Source: Eledone cirrhosa
Taxonomy: Eukaryota
NCBI GenBank assembly: GCA_964016885.1
Contig: OZ024741.1
Span: forward strand, 158,410,001 to 158,474,000
Length of the DNA stretch: 64,000 nucleotides
Direction: 5' to 3'
Shown: positions 14,331 through 28,596 of the stretch, one piece after another
How positions within the stretch are numbered: the first letter of the stretch is position 1
Layout: every line of letters begins with the position of its first letter
The notes under the pieces: generated by a model
What the model saw: the letters and a program-made list of their open reading frames with translations, nothing else
Told to the model about the DNA's origin: nothing
Database searches by the model: none
Made by a program: the position numbers and the translations under genes

Positions 14331-15944
14331 CTATAGAATGAAATGTAAAATAAAAAATGTAAAAAAAAAACAACGAAGACATGAAAAGGCAAAGACAAAT
14401 AATTCAAATATACATACACACCCACCCATATATATATACATGCATAATGTGTATATATTTATGCACAATTGCGTGTGTGTGTGGGTATGTGTGCATATAT
14501 ATTTTTGCATGAGTGTGTATGTCTGTGTGTGTGCATAGTTGTTTTCCCTGCTACATATATTCTTTTACATATTTCAGTCATTAGATTGTGAAAATGATGA
14601 GGCACTGCCTTGATTTAGTTGATCATATTGATCTCAGTACATATTTTTTCAAGTCTACAACTTAATTTATTGATAAATTCTTTGTCAAACTGCTAAGTTA
14701 CAGGACATAAATACAAACAGACACTGACACACATGTACATATGATATTTATATTTATATAGCATCTGTTAGTGATTAATGCTAATTACTACATGTTTCAG
14801 TATTCAATGCTTTTATGCGAATTGGATATTCAGTATTAAAAGTATGAATTAATACCGACATCTGTTTGTTATTGGTATAATATACAGGGTGTTTAGATTA
14901 AGAAAGAAAGATTGAAGTTTCAGTTCAACTAATGTTATTCATAGTCACGAGTAACATGTGTTTTGCAAATGACCAACTCGGAGCTTTAATTGCTTACAAT
15001 CAGCTCTAAGATCAAACTGCTCTGAGTTGTTCATTTATGAAACACGCATTATGTATGATTATAAATATAATATGTTGAACTGAAACTTTGATCTTCTTAA
15101 CACACATACACATTTGCACAGGCATTGCTGAGTGGTTAAGGAGTCTGTCCACTTTGCAAGTTGAGGAATTCATTGGGCGAGTGTCTTCTGCTATAACCTT
15201 GAGTTGATCAAGATAGAAACTGCAGAGTCCTGTCATGTGTGTGTATGTGTATATCATCATCATCCTTTTTACATCTAATTTTCCATGCTGGCAAGAGTTG
15301 GATGGAATGTTTTAAGATGTTTTACAGCAGAATGCTCTTCCTGATGCCAACCTTTTAGTCACTTCTTACAACATGCAGTTATATGGAGCATCTATTCTAA
15401 AAACCGGGATCTATCCACACACACACTCACACATTTATATATGACAGGCTTCTTCAATTTCCATGTTGGTCAATTCAAGGTTACATATATATGAGCGAGA
15501 CACGGTCACCCGACCCAACTTGCCTCTAAATGGAACAAACCCGTCTAACCCATGCTAGCGTGGAAGATGGACATTAAACGATGATGATGATGATATATAT
15601 ATATATATATATATAAAAGTATAATCATCATTTTCATGTATGAACACTTTAATACAAACAGTTTTTTTATCATAGAACCAGTTCACTCTGTAAAGTGGTG
15701 ATGTCAACACCATATTAAGTGGTTGGTGTTAGGAAGAGCATCCAACCATAGAAACTTTGCCAAATATGGAATGTATGAGCAAAACATGGTCACCTGACTG
15801 GTCTAACCTCAGAATGTTACAAAACCTGCTACCCATGCCAATATGGAAAACAGACCTGAAAATAATGATGATTATGACAATGATGATGATGAATCAGAGG
15901 CAGTTTGGTATCAAATGGGTTAAAAAGAAACTAATGTATTTTAC

Positions 15945-16239
15945 CTGAATCATCATCCTTTGGTATTAAGCCAGTCTCCTCATCAAAGTCAGGTAGCTCT
16001 GATTTATCAATGCAATTAGCAGCAATCATCTGTTTGATTTCCCACCTCTCAGGTGATGAAATACGCTTCACCCTGTTCCTATCAGCAATAGCATCCTCAG
16101 GTTCTGGGATATTTATCAGTGGCATTGATGAAGGACGATCAGGATTTCGTGACTGACTCTCTTCATCTTTCACCTCCCCACCAACAAGGCGACGTGTACG
16201 CTCAATGTCCAAATCTTCACCAGTTTCTTGATCAACATC
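15945..16239 (-). CDS. DHX8: DHX8 exon 8
   Basis: [10 protein letters not shown]...[41 protein letters not shown]; tag/gtaaa. Confidence 0.95.
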
Positions 16240-16469
16240 CTAATTAATTGAAAAAGGAGGAAAATTCTTATAATTATTATTGGCTATCAGAAATTGTAAA
16301 ACAACACACAAAATAAAGACCATATATATTACTAATATAGGCATAAATGAAAGCATACACAATATTTCCAAATTTCAAACTCTCAGTGCTTCAATAAACC
16401 ACTGCTGATGTTGCTCATGATGATGATAACAACAAGTAAAATAAACCTTATGAATTATCGAAGTGCTGG

Positions 16470-16700
16470 AAGTTTGAAATTTAAAAATCGGAGAATCCAA
16501 AAGAGAAAACAGCTACAAAAACAATCGATCACTATAAATAATAGTTGAGAAAATTATGTAAATTACCCCTAGAGATGGAAAAAAGTGGACAGTTCTGTCT
16601 CTAGAGGTAATTTACCCAATTTTCTCAACTATTAGCTACAGTGGTCAACTGTTATTATAGATATTTTCTACATTTGGGATTCTCACAGTTCCAAATTTTC
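16470..16700. mobile_element. Degenerate palindromic MITE-like element
   Basis: aatagttgagaaaatt...taaattacccctagaga pairs with tctctagaggtaattta...aattttctcaactatt. Confidence 0.55.
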
Positions 16701-17660
16701 ATATACAATATGTTTAAGTATAATAAATATATATAAGTCTCACTATGCGTGTTTCATAAATATATTGTATATGCTTTCATATATTCCTATATTATGACTC
16801 ATGATATGTTGTTCCTACTGCTAAATATATTACTGGTGCTTTAACAGTAGCTTAATTAAATTGGATAGACTAACTTACATATATATGCTACCGAGAATGA
16901 ATATACATATGAGTGTGTTTGTGTCATCATCATCATCATCGTTTAAAGTCTATTTGCCATACTAGCATGGGTTAGACGGGTTGTCCTGTTTGAAGCAAGT
17001 CGGGTCAGGAGATTGTGTCTTGCTTATACAGAACAATTTCTGGCTTGGTTTCTATGGCTGGATGCCCTTCCTAACACCAACCACATTTACAGTGAGTGCT
17101 GAGTGCTTTTTTGTTATAACACTATTATCATCATCACAGTTTAACATCTATTTTCCATGCTTGCATGGGTTAGACACATTGTCACGTTCAGAGGCTAGAT
17201 TGGTTAGATGCCCCCCGCCCCACTTCCTTCTGGCTCATACACTCTATTTTTGGCTTGGTTTCTATGGCTGGATGTCTTTCTTAATGCCAGACACTTTACA
17301 AGTGTACAGGGAACATTTTATCATAATTCTGGTACATGATCTTACAGGGGTCAACTGTGTATGTTTTTATTGTAGCTCCAGCACTACTGCTTTACAGAGT
17401 TGGCTTGGTATGTTTTATTGCGCACCAGCACCAGCACTCTAAAGAATGGGTTAACTGTGTTTTATGATAGGGAGGGAGAGAGAGAAAGAAAGAGTAACAG
17501 AGATAATCAGTTTCACCTATAAACATTAATTATTCTATTAATCACATAACATGATAGAAAGAGAAAGTCTGTGTGTTTATATGTGTGTGTGTGTGTGGGG
17601 GAGGCAACAGAAATCTATGAAGTGGAAACTTGATACAGACTTTGAAGAATTTGTACTCAC

Positions 17661-17771
17661 CTTCATAGACAGACTGGTTTTAATGCCTGTGAATGACAAA
17701 ACCTTCACCTTGACCTTCAGGCCTCTCTGTACAACTTCATTCACATCAGTCACACGACCCTCTCGGCGTAA
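17661..17771 (-). CDS. DHX8: DHX8 exon 7 (S1 domain)
   Basis: [37 protein letters not shown]; cag/gtgagt. Confidence 0.95.
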
Positions 17772-18131
17772 CTGAAACATAAACCAGACATCCATAAAAA
17801 TTTAAATGATTGAAATTTTGGTAAAATCTGAAGAAATATTTAACTCATCATAAACAACAAGCCTTTTAAGGTCATTTCCCCTACTGAAACAGGAGTTAGC
17901 CATGCAGGCCCCATGATATAACGTCCATTTTCATGAAAGAATTTATAGCCAGATGCTGATATTTGACTAAGAATATAATTCATTTTTAGCATAGGCCATG
18001 TGGTTAAGGAGTTCAACTCACAACCACATGGTTTCAGCTTCAGTACTGGCACCTCATGCAAGTGTCTTGGGTTAATCAAAGCCTTGTGAGTGGAATCTGA
18101 TAAATGAAACCTGCAGCAGCCTGCCGTACAT

Positions 18132-18338
18132 ATCATTATCATCATCATTTAACATCCATTTTCCACACTAGCACATGGGTAGAACGGGCTGTCCCTTTGT
18201 GAGAGATCTGGTCAAAGGACTGTGTTTCACTCACACAGCGAAACATGGTCCTCTGACCAGATCTCTCACAAGGGACATCCAGACATTCCGTCTTACCCAT
18301 GCTAGTGTGGAAAATTAATGTTAAACGATGATGATGAT
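18132..18338. repeat. Palindrome of two head-to-head RTE 3' ends
   Basis: tgtccctttgtgagagatctggtca / tgaccagatctctcacaagggaca; (GAT)n tails point outward. Confidence 0.8.
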
Positions 18339-18435
18339 AATATATATATATATGTATAACGAAGGAAGTGTGGTAAGGAACCAGATGGACCATAACGCAC
18401 CAGAGTACTCAATACGTAGGGTAGTAGAGTGGGTA

Positions 18436-18616
18436 ATAGGAAAATGTTAAACCCCGACAGCAGAGCTCAAGCCGTTTCGACGGCTATTTCTGGACTAAAT
18501 TAGAATTTTTAGCGTGGTAATAAATAGGGCTATTTATTACCTAAAATTCTAATTTAGTCCAGAAATAGCCATCGAAACGGCTTGAGCTCTGCCGTCGGGG
18601 TTTAACATTTTCCTAT
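18436..18616. repeat. ~180-bp near-perfect palindrome carrying the 3' half of a hammerhead motif
   Basis: Arms taggaaaatgttaaacccc.../...ggggtttaacattttccta; GAAA-CGGC-loop-GCCG-TC at 18574-18596. Confidence 0.75.
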
Positions 18617-18798
18617 ATATATATATATAGCCATATATAGCATGGAAGATGGACGTTAAACAATGATGGCGACGATGATATATATATCATCGTCATCATT
18701 ATCGTTTTACGTCCATTTTTCCATGCTAGAATGGGTTAGATGAGTTGAAAAAATGAAAGAACATTTTTTTAAAATTTATCCATAAAACATTGGATTAC

Positions 18799-18897
18799 CT
18801 GAGAAATGTGAACAAGTCCTTCCCAGCGTTTACGGAGACCTTCAAGTTGAACAAAACAGCCAAACTGCATAATAGTTGTGACTTTGCCATTGTAGAT
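18799..18897 (-). CDS. DHX8: DHX8 exon 6 (S1 domain)
   Basis: [33 protein letters not shown]; cag/gtaat. Confidence 0.95.
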
Positions 18898-18927
18898 CTG
18901 AAGTAACAATAACAAACAATACACATG

Positions 18928-21900
18928 GTAGGAACAGAGTATATTACACAGAATAGTAACAGGGTACATTACACAGGGGAGGAACAGGGTACATTACACA
19001 GGGGAGGAACAGGGTATATTACACAGGGGAGGAACAGGGTACATTACACAGGGGAGGAACAAGGTACATTACACAGAATAGTGACAAGGTACATTACACA
19101 GGGGAGGAACAGGGTATATTACACAGAATAGTAACAAGGTACATTACACAGGGGAGGAACAGGGTATATTACACAGAATAGTAACAAGGTACATTACACA
19201 TGGGAGGAACAGGGTACATTACACAGAATAGTAACAAGGTACATTACACAGGGGAGGAACAGGGTACATTACACAGAATAGTAACAAGGTACATTACACA
19301 GGGGAGGAACAGGGTACATTACACAGAATAGTGACAAGGTACATTACACAGGGTAGGAACAGAGTCCATTGCACAGAATAGTGACAAGGTACATTACACA
19401 GGGGAGGAACAGAGTACATTACACAGAATAGTAACAAGGTACATTACACAGGGGAGGAACAGGGTACATTACACAGAATAGTGACAAGGTACATTACACA
19501 GAATAGGAACAGGGTACATTACACAGAATAGTGACAAGGTACATTACACAGGGGAGGAACAGAGTACATTACACAGAATAGTGACAAGGTACATTACACA
19601 GGGGAGGAACAGGGTACATTACACAGAATAGTGACAAGGTACATTACACAGGGGAGGAACAGGGTACATTACACAGAATAGTAACAAGGTACATTACACA
19701 GGGGAGGAACAGGGTACATTACACAGAATAGTGACAAGGTACATTACGCAGAATAGGAACAGGGTACATTACACAGAATAGTGACAAGGTACATTACACA
19801 GGGGAGGAACAGAGTACATTACACAGAATAGTAACAAGGTACATTACACAGGGGAGGAACAGGGTACATTACACAGAATAGTAACAAGGTACATTACACA
19901 GGGGAGGAACAGGGTACATTACACAGAATAGTGACAAGGTACATTACACAGGGGAGGAACAGGGTACATTACACAGAATAGTAACAAGGTACATTACACA
20001 GGGGAGGAACAGGGTACATTACACAGAATAGTGACAAGGTACATTACGCAGAATAGGAACAGGGTACATTACACAGAATAGTGACAAGGTACATTACACA
20101 GGGGAGGAACAGAGTACATTACACAGAATAGTAACAAGGTACATTACACAGGGGAGGAACAGGGTACATTACACAGAATAGTAACAAGGTACATTACACA
20201 GGGGAGGAACAGGGTACATTACACAGAATAGTGACAAGGTACATTACACAGGGGAGGAACAGGGTACATTACACAGAATAGTGACAAGGTACATTACACA
20301 GGGGAGGAACAGAGTACATTATACAGAATAGTAACAAAGTACATTACACAGGGGAAGAACAGGGTACATTACACAGAATAGTAACAAGGTACATTACACA
20401 GGGGAGGAACAGGGTACATTACACAGAGTAGTAACAAAGTACATTACACAGGGGAGGAACAGGGTACATTACACAGAATAGTAACAAAGTACATTACACA
20501 GGGGAGGAACAGGGTACATTACACAGAATAGTGACAAGGTACATTACACAGAATAGGAACAGGGTACATTACACAGAATAGTGACAAGATACATTACACA
20601 GGGGAGGAACAGAGTACATTACACAGAATAGTAACAAGGTACATTACACAGGGGAGGAACAGGGTACATTACACAGAATAGTGACAAGGTACATTACACA
20701 GAATAGGAACAGGGTACATTACACAGAATAGTGACAAGGTACATTACACAGGGGAGGAACAGAGTACATTACACAGAATAGTAACAAAGTACATTACACA
20801 GGGGAGGAACAGGGTACATTACACCGAATATTAACAGGGTATATTACAGAGAATAGTAACAAGGTACATTACACAGGGGAGGAACAGGGTACATTACACA
20901 GAATAGTGACAAGGTACATTACACAGGGGAGGAACAGGGTACATTACACAGAATAGTGACAAGGTACATTACACAGGGGAGGAACAGGGTACATTACACA
21001 GAATAGTAACAAGGTACATTACACAGGGGAGGAACAGGGTACATTACACAGAATAGTAACAAGGTACATTACACAGGGGAGGAACAGGGTACATTACACA
21101 GAATAGTAACAAAGTACATTACACAGGGGAGGAACAGGGTACATTACACAGAATAGTGACAAGGTACATTACACAGGGGAGGAACAGGGTACATTACACA
21201 GAATAGTGACAAGGTACATTACACAGGGGAGGAACAGGGTACATTACACAGAATAGGAACACGGTACATTACACAGGGGAGGAACAGGGTACATTACACA
21301 GAATAGTGACAAGGTACATTACACAGGGGAGGAACAGGGTACATTACACAGAATAGTGACAAGGTACATTACACAGGGGAGGAACAGAGTACATTACACA
21401 GAATAGGAACAAGGTACATTACACAGGGGAGGAACAGGGTACATTACACAGAATAGTGACAAGGTACATTACACAGGGGAGGAACAGGGTACATTACACA
21501 GAATAGTGACAAGGTACATTACACAGGGGAGGAACAGGGTACATTACACAGAATAGTAACAAGGTACATTACACAGGGGAGGAACAGAGTACATTACACA
21601 GAATAGTAACAAAGTACATTACACAGGGGAGGAACAGGGTACATTACACAGAATAGTGACAAGGTACATTACACAGGGGAGGAACAGGGTACATTACACA
21701 GAATAGGAACAAGGTACATTACACAGGGGAGGAACAGGGTACATTACACAGAATAGTGACAAGGTACATTACACAGAATAGGAACAGGGTACATTACACA
21801 GAATAGTGACAAGGTACATTACACAGGGGAGGAACAGGGTACATTACACAGAATAGTAACAAGGTACATTACACAGGAGAGGAACAGGGTACATTACACA

Positions 21901-24210
21901 GAATAGTAACAAGGTACATTACACAGGGGAGGAAGAGAGTACATTACACAGGGGAGGAACAGGGTACATTACACAGAATAGTGACAAGGTACATTACACA
22001 GGGGAGGAATAGGGTACATTACACAGAATAGTAACAAGGTACATTACACAGGGTACATTACACAGAATAGTAACAAAGTACATTACACAGGGGAGGAACA
22101 GGGTACATTATACAGAATAGTAACAAAGTACATTACACAGGGGAGGAACAGAGTACATTACACAGGGGAGGAACAGGGTACATTACACAGAATAGTAACA
22201 AGGTACATTACACAGGGGAGGAACAGGGTACATTACACAGAATAGTAACAAGGTACATTACACAGGGGAGGAACAGGGTACATTACACAGAATAGTGACA
22301 AGGTACATTACACAGGGAAGGAACAGGGTACATTACACAGAATAGTAACAAGGTACATTACACAGGGGAGGAACAGGGTACATTACACAGAATAGTAACA
22401 AGGTACATTACACAGGGGAGGAACAGGGTACATTACACAGAATAGTAACAAAGTACATTACACAGAATAGGAACAGGGTACATTACACAGAATAGGAACA
22501 GGGTACATTACACAGAATAGTAACAAGGTACATTACACAGGGGAGGAACAGGGTACATTACACAGAATAGTAACAAGGTACATTACACAGAATAGGAACA
22601 GGGTACATTACACAGAATAGGAACAGGGTACATTACACAGAATAGTAACAAGGTACATTACACAGGGGAGGAACAGGGTACATTACACAGAATAGTAACA
22701 AGGTACATTACACAGGGGAGGAACAGGGTACATTACACAGAATAGTAACAAGGTACATTACACAGAATAGGAACAGGGTACATTACACAGAATAGGAACA
22801 GGGTACATTACACAGGGGAGGAACAGGGTACATTACACAGAATAGTAACAGGGTATATTACACAAAATAGTAACAAGGTACATTACACAGGGGAGGAACA
22901 GGGTACATTACACAGAATAGTAACAAGGTACATTACACAGGGGAGGAACAGGGTATATTACACAGAATAGTAGCAAGGTACATTACACAGGGGAGGAACA
23001 GAGTACATTACACAGGGGAGGAACAGGGTACATTACACAGGGGAGGAACAGAGTATATTACACAGAATAGTAACAAGGTACATTACACAGAATAGGAACA
23101 GGGTACATTACACAGGGGAGGAACAGGGTATATTACACAGAATAGTAACAAGGTACATTACACAGAATAGGAACAGGGTACATTACACAGAATAGTAACA
23201 AAGTACATTACACAGGGGAGGAACAGGGTACATTTCACAGGGGAGGAACAGGGTACATTACACAGGGGAGGAACAGAGTATATTACACAGAATAGTAACA
23301 AGGTACATTACACAAAATAGGAACAGGGTACATTACACAGAATAGGAACAGGGTACATTACACAGGGGAGGAACAGAGTATATTACACAGAATAGTAACA
23401 AGGTACATTACACAGAATAGGAACAGGGTACATTACACAGAATAGTAACAAGGTACATTACACAGAATAGGAACAGGGTACATTACACAGGGGAGGAACA
23501 GGGTATATTACACAGAATAGTAACAAGGTACATTACACAGAATAGGAACAGGGTACATTACACAGGGGAGGAACAGGGTATATTACACAGAATAGTAACA
23601 AGGTACATTACACAGAATAGGAACAGGGTACATTACACAGGGGAGGAACAGGGTATATTATACAGAATAGTAACAAGGTACATTACACAGAATAGGAACA
23701 GGGTACATTACACAGGGGAGGAACGGTATATTACACAGAATAGTAACAAGGTACATTACACAGAATAGGAACAGGGTACATTACACAGAATAGTAACAAG
23801 GTACATTACACAGAATAGGAACAAGGTACCTTACACAGAATAGTAACAAGGTACATTACACAGAATAGTAACAAGGTACATTACACAGAATAGTAACAAG
23901 GTACATTACACAGGGGAGGAACAGGGTACATTACACAGAATAGTAACAAGGTACATTACACAGGGTACATTACACAGAATAGTAACAAGGCACATTACAC
24001 AGGGGAGGAACAGAGTACATTACACAGAATAGTAACAAGGTACATTACACAGAATAGGAACAGGGTACATTACACAGGGGAGGAACAGGGTACATTACAC
24101 AGGGGAGGAACAGGGTACATTACACAGAGTAGCAATATGGTACATTACACAGGGAGAAACAGGGTACATTACACAGGGTAGCAACAAGGTACATTACACA
24201 GGGGAGGAAT
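18928..24210. repeat. 5.3-kb intronic satellite: 20-bp monomers, mostly alternating as a 40-bp dimer
   Basis: acattacacaggggaggaacagggt / acattacacagaatagtaacaaggt repeated throughout. Confidence 0.98.
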
Positions 24211-24285
24211 AACACAACTGTGAAATGGCTACAACTAACAATTAAAAGAGTATGTCAGCCTTGAGTCCCAGTAACCTTACTCTCT

Positions 24286-24470
24286 GATTGGCAGTATCGG
24301 TAGAGGGCCAGACGCCATGCTTTGCGACACTGAGTTACGTCCCTTTACGGACTGAGCTTAAATGTTGTCAAGGTTAATTTTACCTTTCATCCTTACGGTG
24401 CTGATAAAATAAAGTACCAGTAATGTACTGGATAATTGCTAGCCTTGTGCCAAAAGTAGAAACAATTATT
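24286..24470 (+). mobile_element. tRNA-derived SINE family A (other copies at ~27404-27590, 27658-27762, 55119-55302, 55374-55560, 56570-56815, 61056-61358, 62728-63090)
   Basis: A box (tggcagtatcgg), B box (gagttcaaatcc) and a conserved core gcctttcatccttacggggtcgataaaataaagtaccag. Confidence 0.8.
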
Positions 24471-24807
24471 ATATTTGTAATAGGGCACTGGATTGGAAGA
24501 GTTGTTAGAACAATGGACAAATGCTTAGCTTTATTTGTTCCTGCTCTTTACATTCTGAGTTCAAACCCTGCTGAGGTCAAGTACTGATACCAGTAATAAA
24601 TCATTGAAGACAGTGCACCAGCATGGTCGCAATCCAATGACTAATACATCACCATCCTTTAACATCTGTTTTCCCTGTTAGCAAGGGTGATACCAGTTAA
24701 ACAATACATTTTTCTAGGATTGACACAAGGCCAGCAATTTGAAGGAAGGGTGAAAGTTTATTATATCGGCCTCCAGTACTTCACTGGTGTTTTATTTTAT
24801 TAACCCT

Positions 24808-25573
24808 TGGGTACACAAGAGATGTAGTGGGATAGCAGGCAAACTAACAGGTAGGGAGAAATACGTATGCAGTAGATGTACAGGGAAATTTGACAGTAGA
24901 AGTCTCATTGATAGACACATTTTTCAAATGCAGGTGGGTACTATAGAAGTGGTTGATAGCTTCCGGTACTTAGGTGATCAGATTAGCATGGGAGGGGGTG
25001 TTCCGAGACCATAGTATCTAGAATAAGGACGGGCTGGAAGAAGTTTAGGGAGCTGCTTCCTCTGCTGACGAAGAAGGGTTTCTCCCTGCGTACGAAAGGA
25101 CGGTTATATGATGCCTGTGTGAGGAGCGCGATGCTGCATAGTAGTGAGACATGGGCAGCAACTGCAGAAGATACGCAACAGCTGGAGAGAAATGAGGCAA
25201 GCATGCTCCATTGGATGTGCAATGTCAATGTGCGTGAACGACCCAGCAAGGATGTGTTGAGAGAGAAACTGTGTCAGAGAAGGATAAATTGTAGTGTGCA
25301 GGAGAAGAGACTGCGATGGTATGGACATGTGATACGCATGGAGGATGACCGATGGGTGAAGAAGTGCCAAGAAATGCCAGTTGAAGGAAAATGTAGTAGA
25401 GGAAGACCACAAAAAACATGGGCGGAGGTGGTGAGAGCAGACCTCGGATCGCTGAAGCTCACGGTGGAGATGACTGACGAAGGACCGTGACAAGTGGAGA
25501 GATGCTGTGCTGAATAGGACCCATCCCACCCTTGCAAGCAAGGAAAAGCAGACGTAAAATGATGATGATGATG
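24808..25573 (+). mobile_element. 5'-truncated RTE LINE, same family as 1430-4690
   Basis: WVHKRCSG...RLRWYGHV...; (ATG)n tail. Confidence 0.92.
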
Positions 25574-25789
25574 AACCCCAGTAGGATGAAAGCCAAAAGT
25601 CATAACTAAATACTGCAAAGCATTTTGTCCAATGCTCTACTGATTATTGTTTCTACTTTTGGCACAAAGCCAGCAATTACCCAGTGTATTACTAGTACTT
25701 TATTTTATCGACCCTGTAAGGAGAAGGGATTAACCAATGCTCTACTGATAATGCCAATCCACCAGCCATCTAGTAAAAAAATAAAATAC

Positions 25790-26330
25790 CTGTCCACAAC
25801 GTGGTTCCATTGGCATATCTCCACTCCTCTCCTTCATCTGTTCTCTGTCAGATGGCAATTTACTATGATTAGGACTGTGTGTCTTCATTGATGAGTGTCT
25901 CTTGTATCTGTCTGGAGAATAGTCATAGTCATCAGAGTAACCATTCTTGGACTCCTTTGGTGAATGACTACGTTTCCTGCTTTTTGACTGATGATAATTG
26001 CGATCATCTGGCGATCTGCTGCGCTGCCTGTCACGGGATCTATGCCCATTGCGTCCTCGAGGTGATCTGCTACGTCGCCGGCTACTAGGGGACTTGCTAC
26101 GACGATGGCCCCTCGGGGATTTACTGCGATGACGACCTTTAGGGGAGCGGCTGCGTTTCCTTTCTTTTGACCGGCTGCGTTTCCTTTCTTTTGACCGGCT
26201 GCGCTTCCTTTCTTTTGACCGGCTGCGTTTCCTTTCTTTTGACCTGCTGCGTCGATGGTGCTTAGGTGATCTGTCATGGTTTCTTGAGTGCTTGCGTTCA
26301 GTAGAACTATTGTGAGAATGGTGTTTCTCC
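25790..26330 (-). CDS. DHX8: DHX8 exon 5 (RS domain)
   Basis: Arg/Ser-rich ORF (RSRSKERK repeats) ending ...MEPRCGQ, leading into the S1 domain; 541 nt restores phase 0. Confidence 0.9.
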
Positions 26331-28596
26331 CTGTCAGAATAAAACAAGTGGAAAATTACTTTTTTGTTACCCTCACCTTACAGTCCATTTTACATTGTTT
26401 AGTCATATTAGGATGAAAGAAACAACAGCAACAATTATAGAAGAAAACAAAACAAAGATTACCAGGTAACTTACTTTTTTGTAACAATCATCTTACAGTG
26501 AATTTTGCATTGTTTAGCCTTATATCACTTTCCACATTAAATAAACTAATATATATACTATTAATTATATCAATAAAGATTTTGTAAAGATGCAAAGCTA
26601 TCAGGGAGAACGAACATTAAATAATGATACCTTTTGTTTTACTTTTACTGCTTAGGATCTCTGAGACTAGTGGAAGAGATGGAACCAGAGACGGAGCTCA
26701 TGTCCCTTTTAGGGGCTTTCATGATTAGAGGACGGGAGAGATAATGCTAATGTCCCTTTTCAGGGCCTCCAAGACTGGTGAGAGGGAGAGAGAAAGGTAT
26801 CTTCAAACCAAAGACCTATATTTGAATGTTTGATACAGAGAGAACTCTAATAAAGGCACCTGAAGATCAGGTGGTGGTGTTACTTGGTTCCATGAAACAA
26901 AACTACTTAAAAGTCTTTTCATTTATCTAAAAACCTTCCAACATAATTCTATGGAAAAACCTTTGTTAAGTTATGCTCCAAATACCAGTTTGGCAATGAT
27001 TAAGAAGTAATTCTATAACTAAATCCCTCCAAATTCTTGTTTATTTAAAAAATTATTGGAAAATCATAGGCTTTGTCTATTATTAGAAACGAAAGGTTTA
27101 AACAAGCCAAGTCATGGTGAGATTTCAACTCAGAACACAAAGAGCCAGAACAAATACCAACTCTGAAGGGTTCTCACACATTTATTCTCTCTGGTGTACT
27201 TTTTATATCATATGTTCAAGATATAATCATGGATTCTCGACTTAATCCTTAGTTAGCAAGAAATTTAATTATGTTGTGCTGTTTAACCCTAGGTCATCCC
27301 TGATTAAGCAGACATGTGATCAAAGGCATTCTATTCGTGACCATCCCAGTTCATATTCAATCATATAAAAGTTCTTCTGTTGGGTCATTTAATTCAGTAT
27401 ATAATTGTTTCTACTTTAGGCACAAGGCCAGCAATTATCCAGTGCATTACTGGTACTTTATTTTATCGACCCCGTAAGGATGAAAGGCAAAGTCAACCTC
27501 GGCGGGATTTGAACTCAGATCGTAAAGGGACGTAACTATGCTGGAAAGCATGGCGTCCGACCCTCTACCGATACTGCCAATCCACCGCCCAGTATACAAT
27601 GTAAGCAGGGGAGATAACTACGCCAATTACGTCATGTAAAATGGATAGATTATACATAATTGTTTCTACGTTAGGCACAAGGCCAGCAATTACCCAGTGT
27701 ATTACTGGTACTTTATTTTATCGACCCCGTAAGGATGAAAGGCAAAGTTAACCTCGGCGGGATAGATTATACATAATACATACTTAATGGTGTTGTTTAG
27801 CCCAAGGTCAAACCTGACTGAGCAGACCTATGATCAAAGATATTCCAGCCATGAACATTCTGTATATTTCCTATGTGCAGGAACCCAGAACCACATTATC
27901 TAATATGTCCTTTTTTAAGATGAGATCTCATTTGAGGGGACTATAGCTGCTATTTTAAACAGGTAACTTAACCATGATTAGGCTCCCTTATTGGCTTGTC
28001 TATACTTCATCCTTTTGTTATATTTCTAATGAAAGACACTGCTTTATCATTTGCAAATAATTTTGAAAATAATCAAGAAAATTGAGAAATTTAGTAATGT
28101 AACATTATGATTTTTAAGCAGGTGTTTAGAGCATAACTTAATAAAGGTACTTATACAACATTATGATAGGTTTTTAGATAAATCTAAACACTTTAAAATA
28201 GTTTTGTATAATAAAACCATGGGTGGTTTCAGGTTGTTTGGTATTGAAAGGGTTAATGTAGACATTACTTATGATTTTTAAATAAATTTGAACCTAAGAA
28301 TTTGGAGGGATTTAGAAATATAACTAACTTTCACAAACAGTTTTATATTTTAAAACTAGGAGTAGTTTCAGTCAGTTTGGTTAAATAAATAATCATCAAT
28401 ATCGTTTTTACATCCATTTTTCCATGTTGGCATGGGTTGGATGGGATATTTTGACACTGTTTTACAGATGCTGTTCCTGACACCAACCCTTTTAGTAGCT
28501 TCTTACAACATACATGGCTATGGTGTACCCAATTCTAAAAACTGGGTAACACATGGCAAAATAAATCAAATTAAATAGTGTTTTGATTGAACTCAC

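Noticed and set aside
18928-24210. CRISPR-like array
   Set aside because: There are no unique spacers and no cas genes; it is a eukaryotic intronic satellite
25742-26347. Stand-alone SR protein gene
   Set aside because: It is DHX8 exon 5, with phase-compatible splice sites
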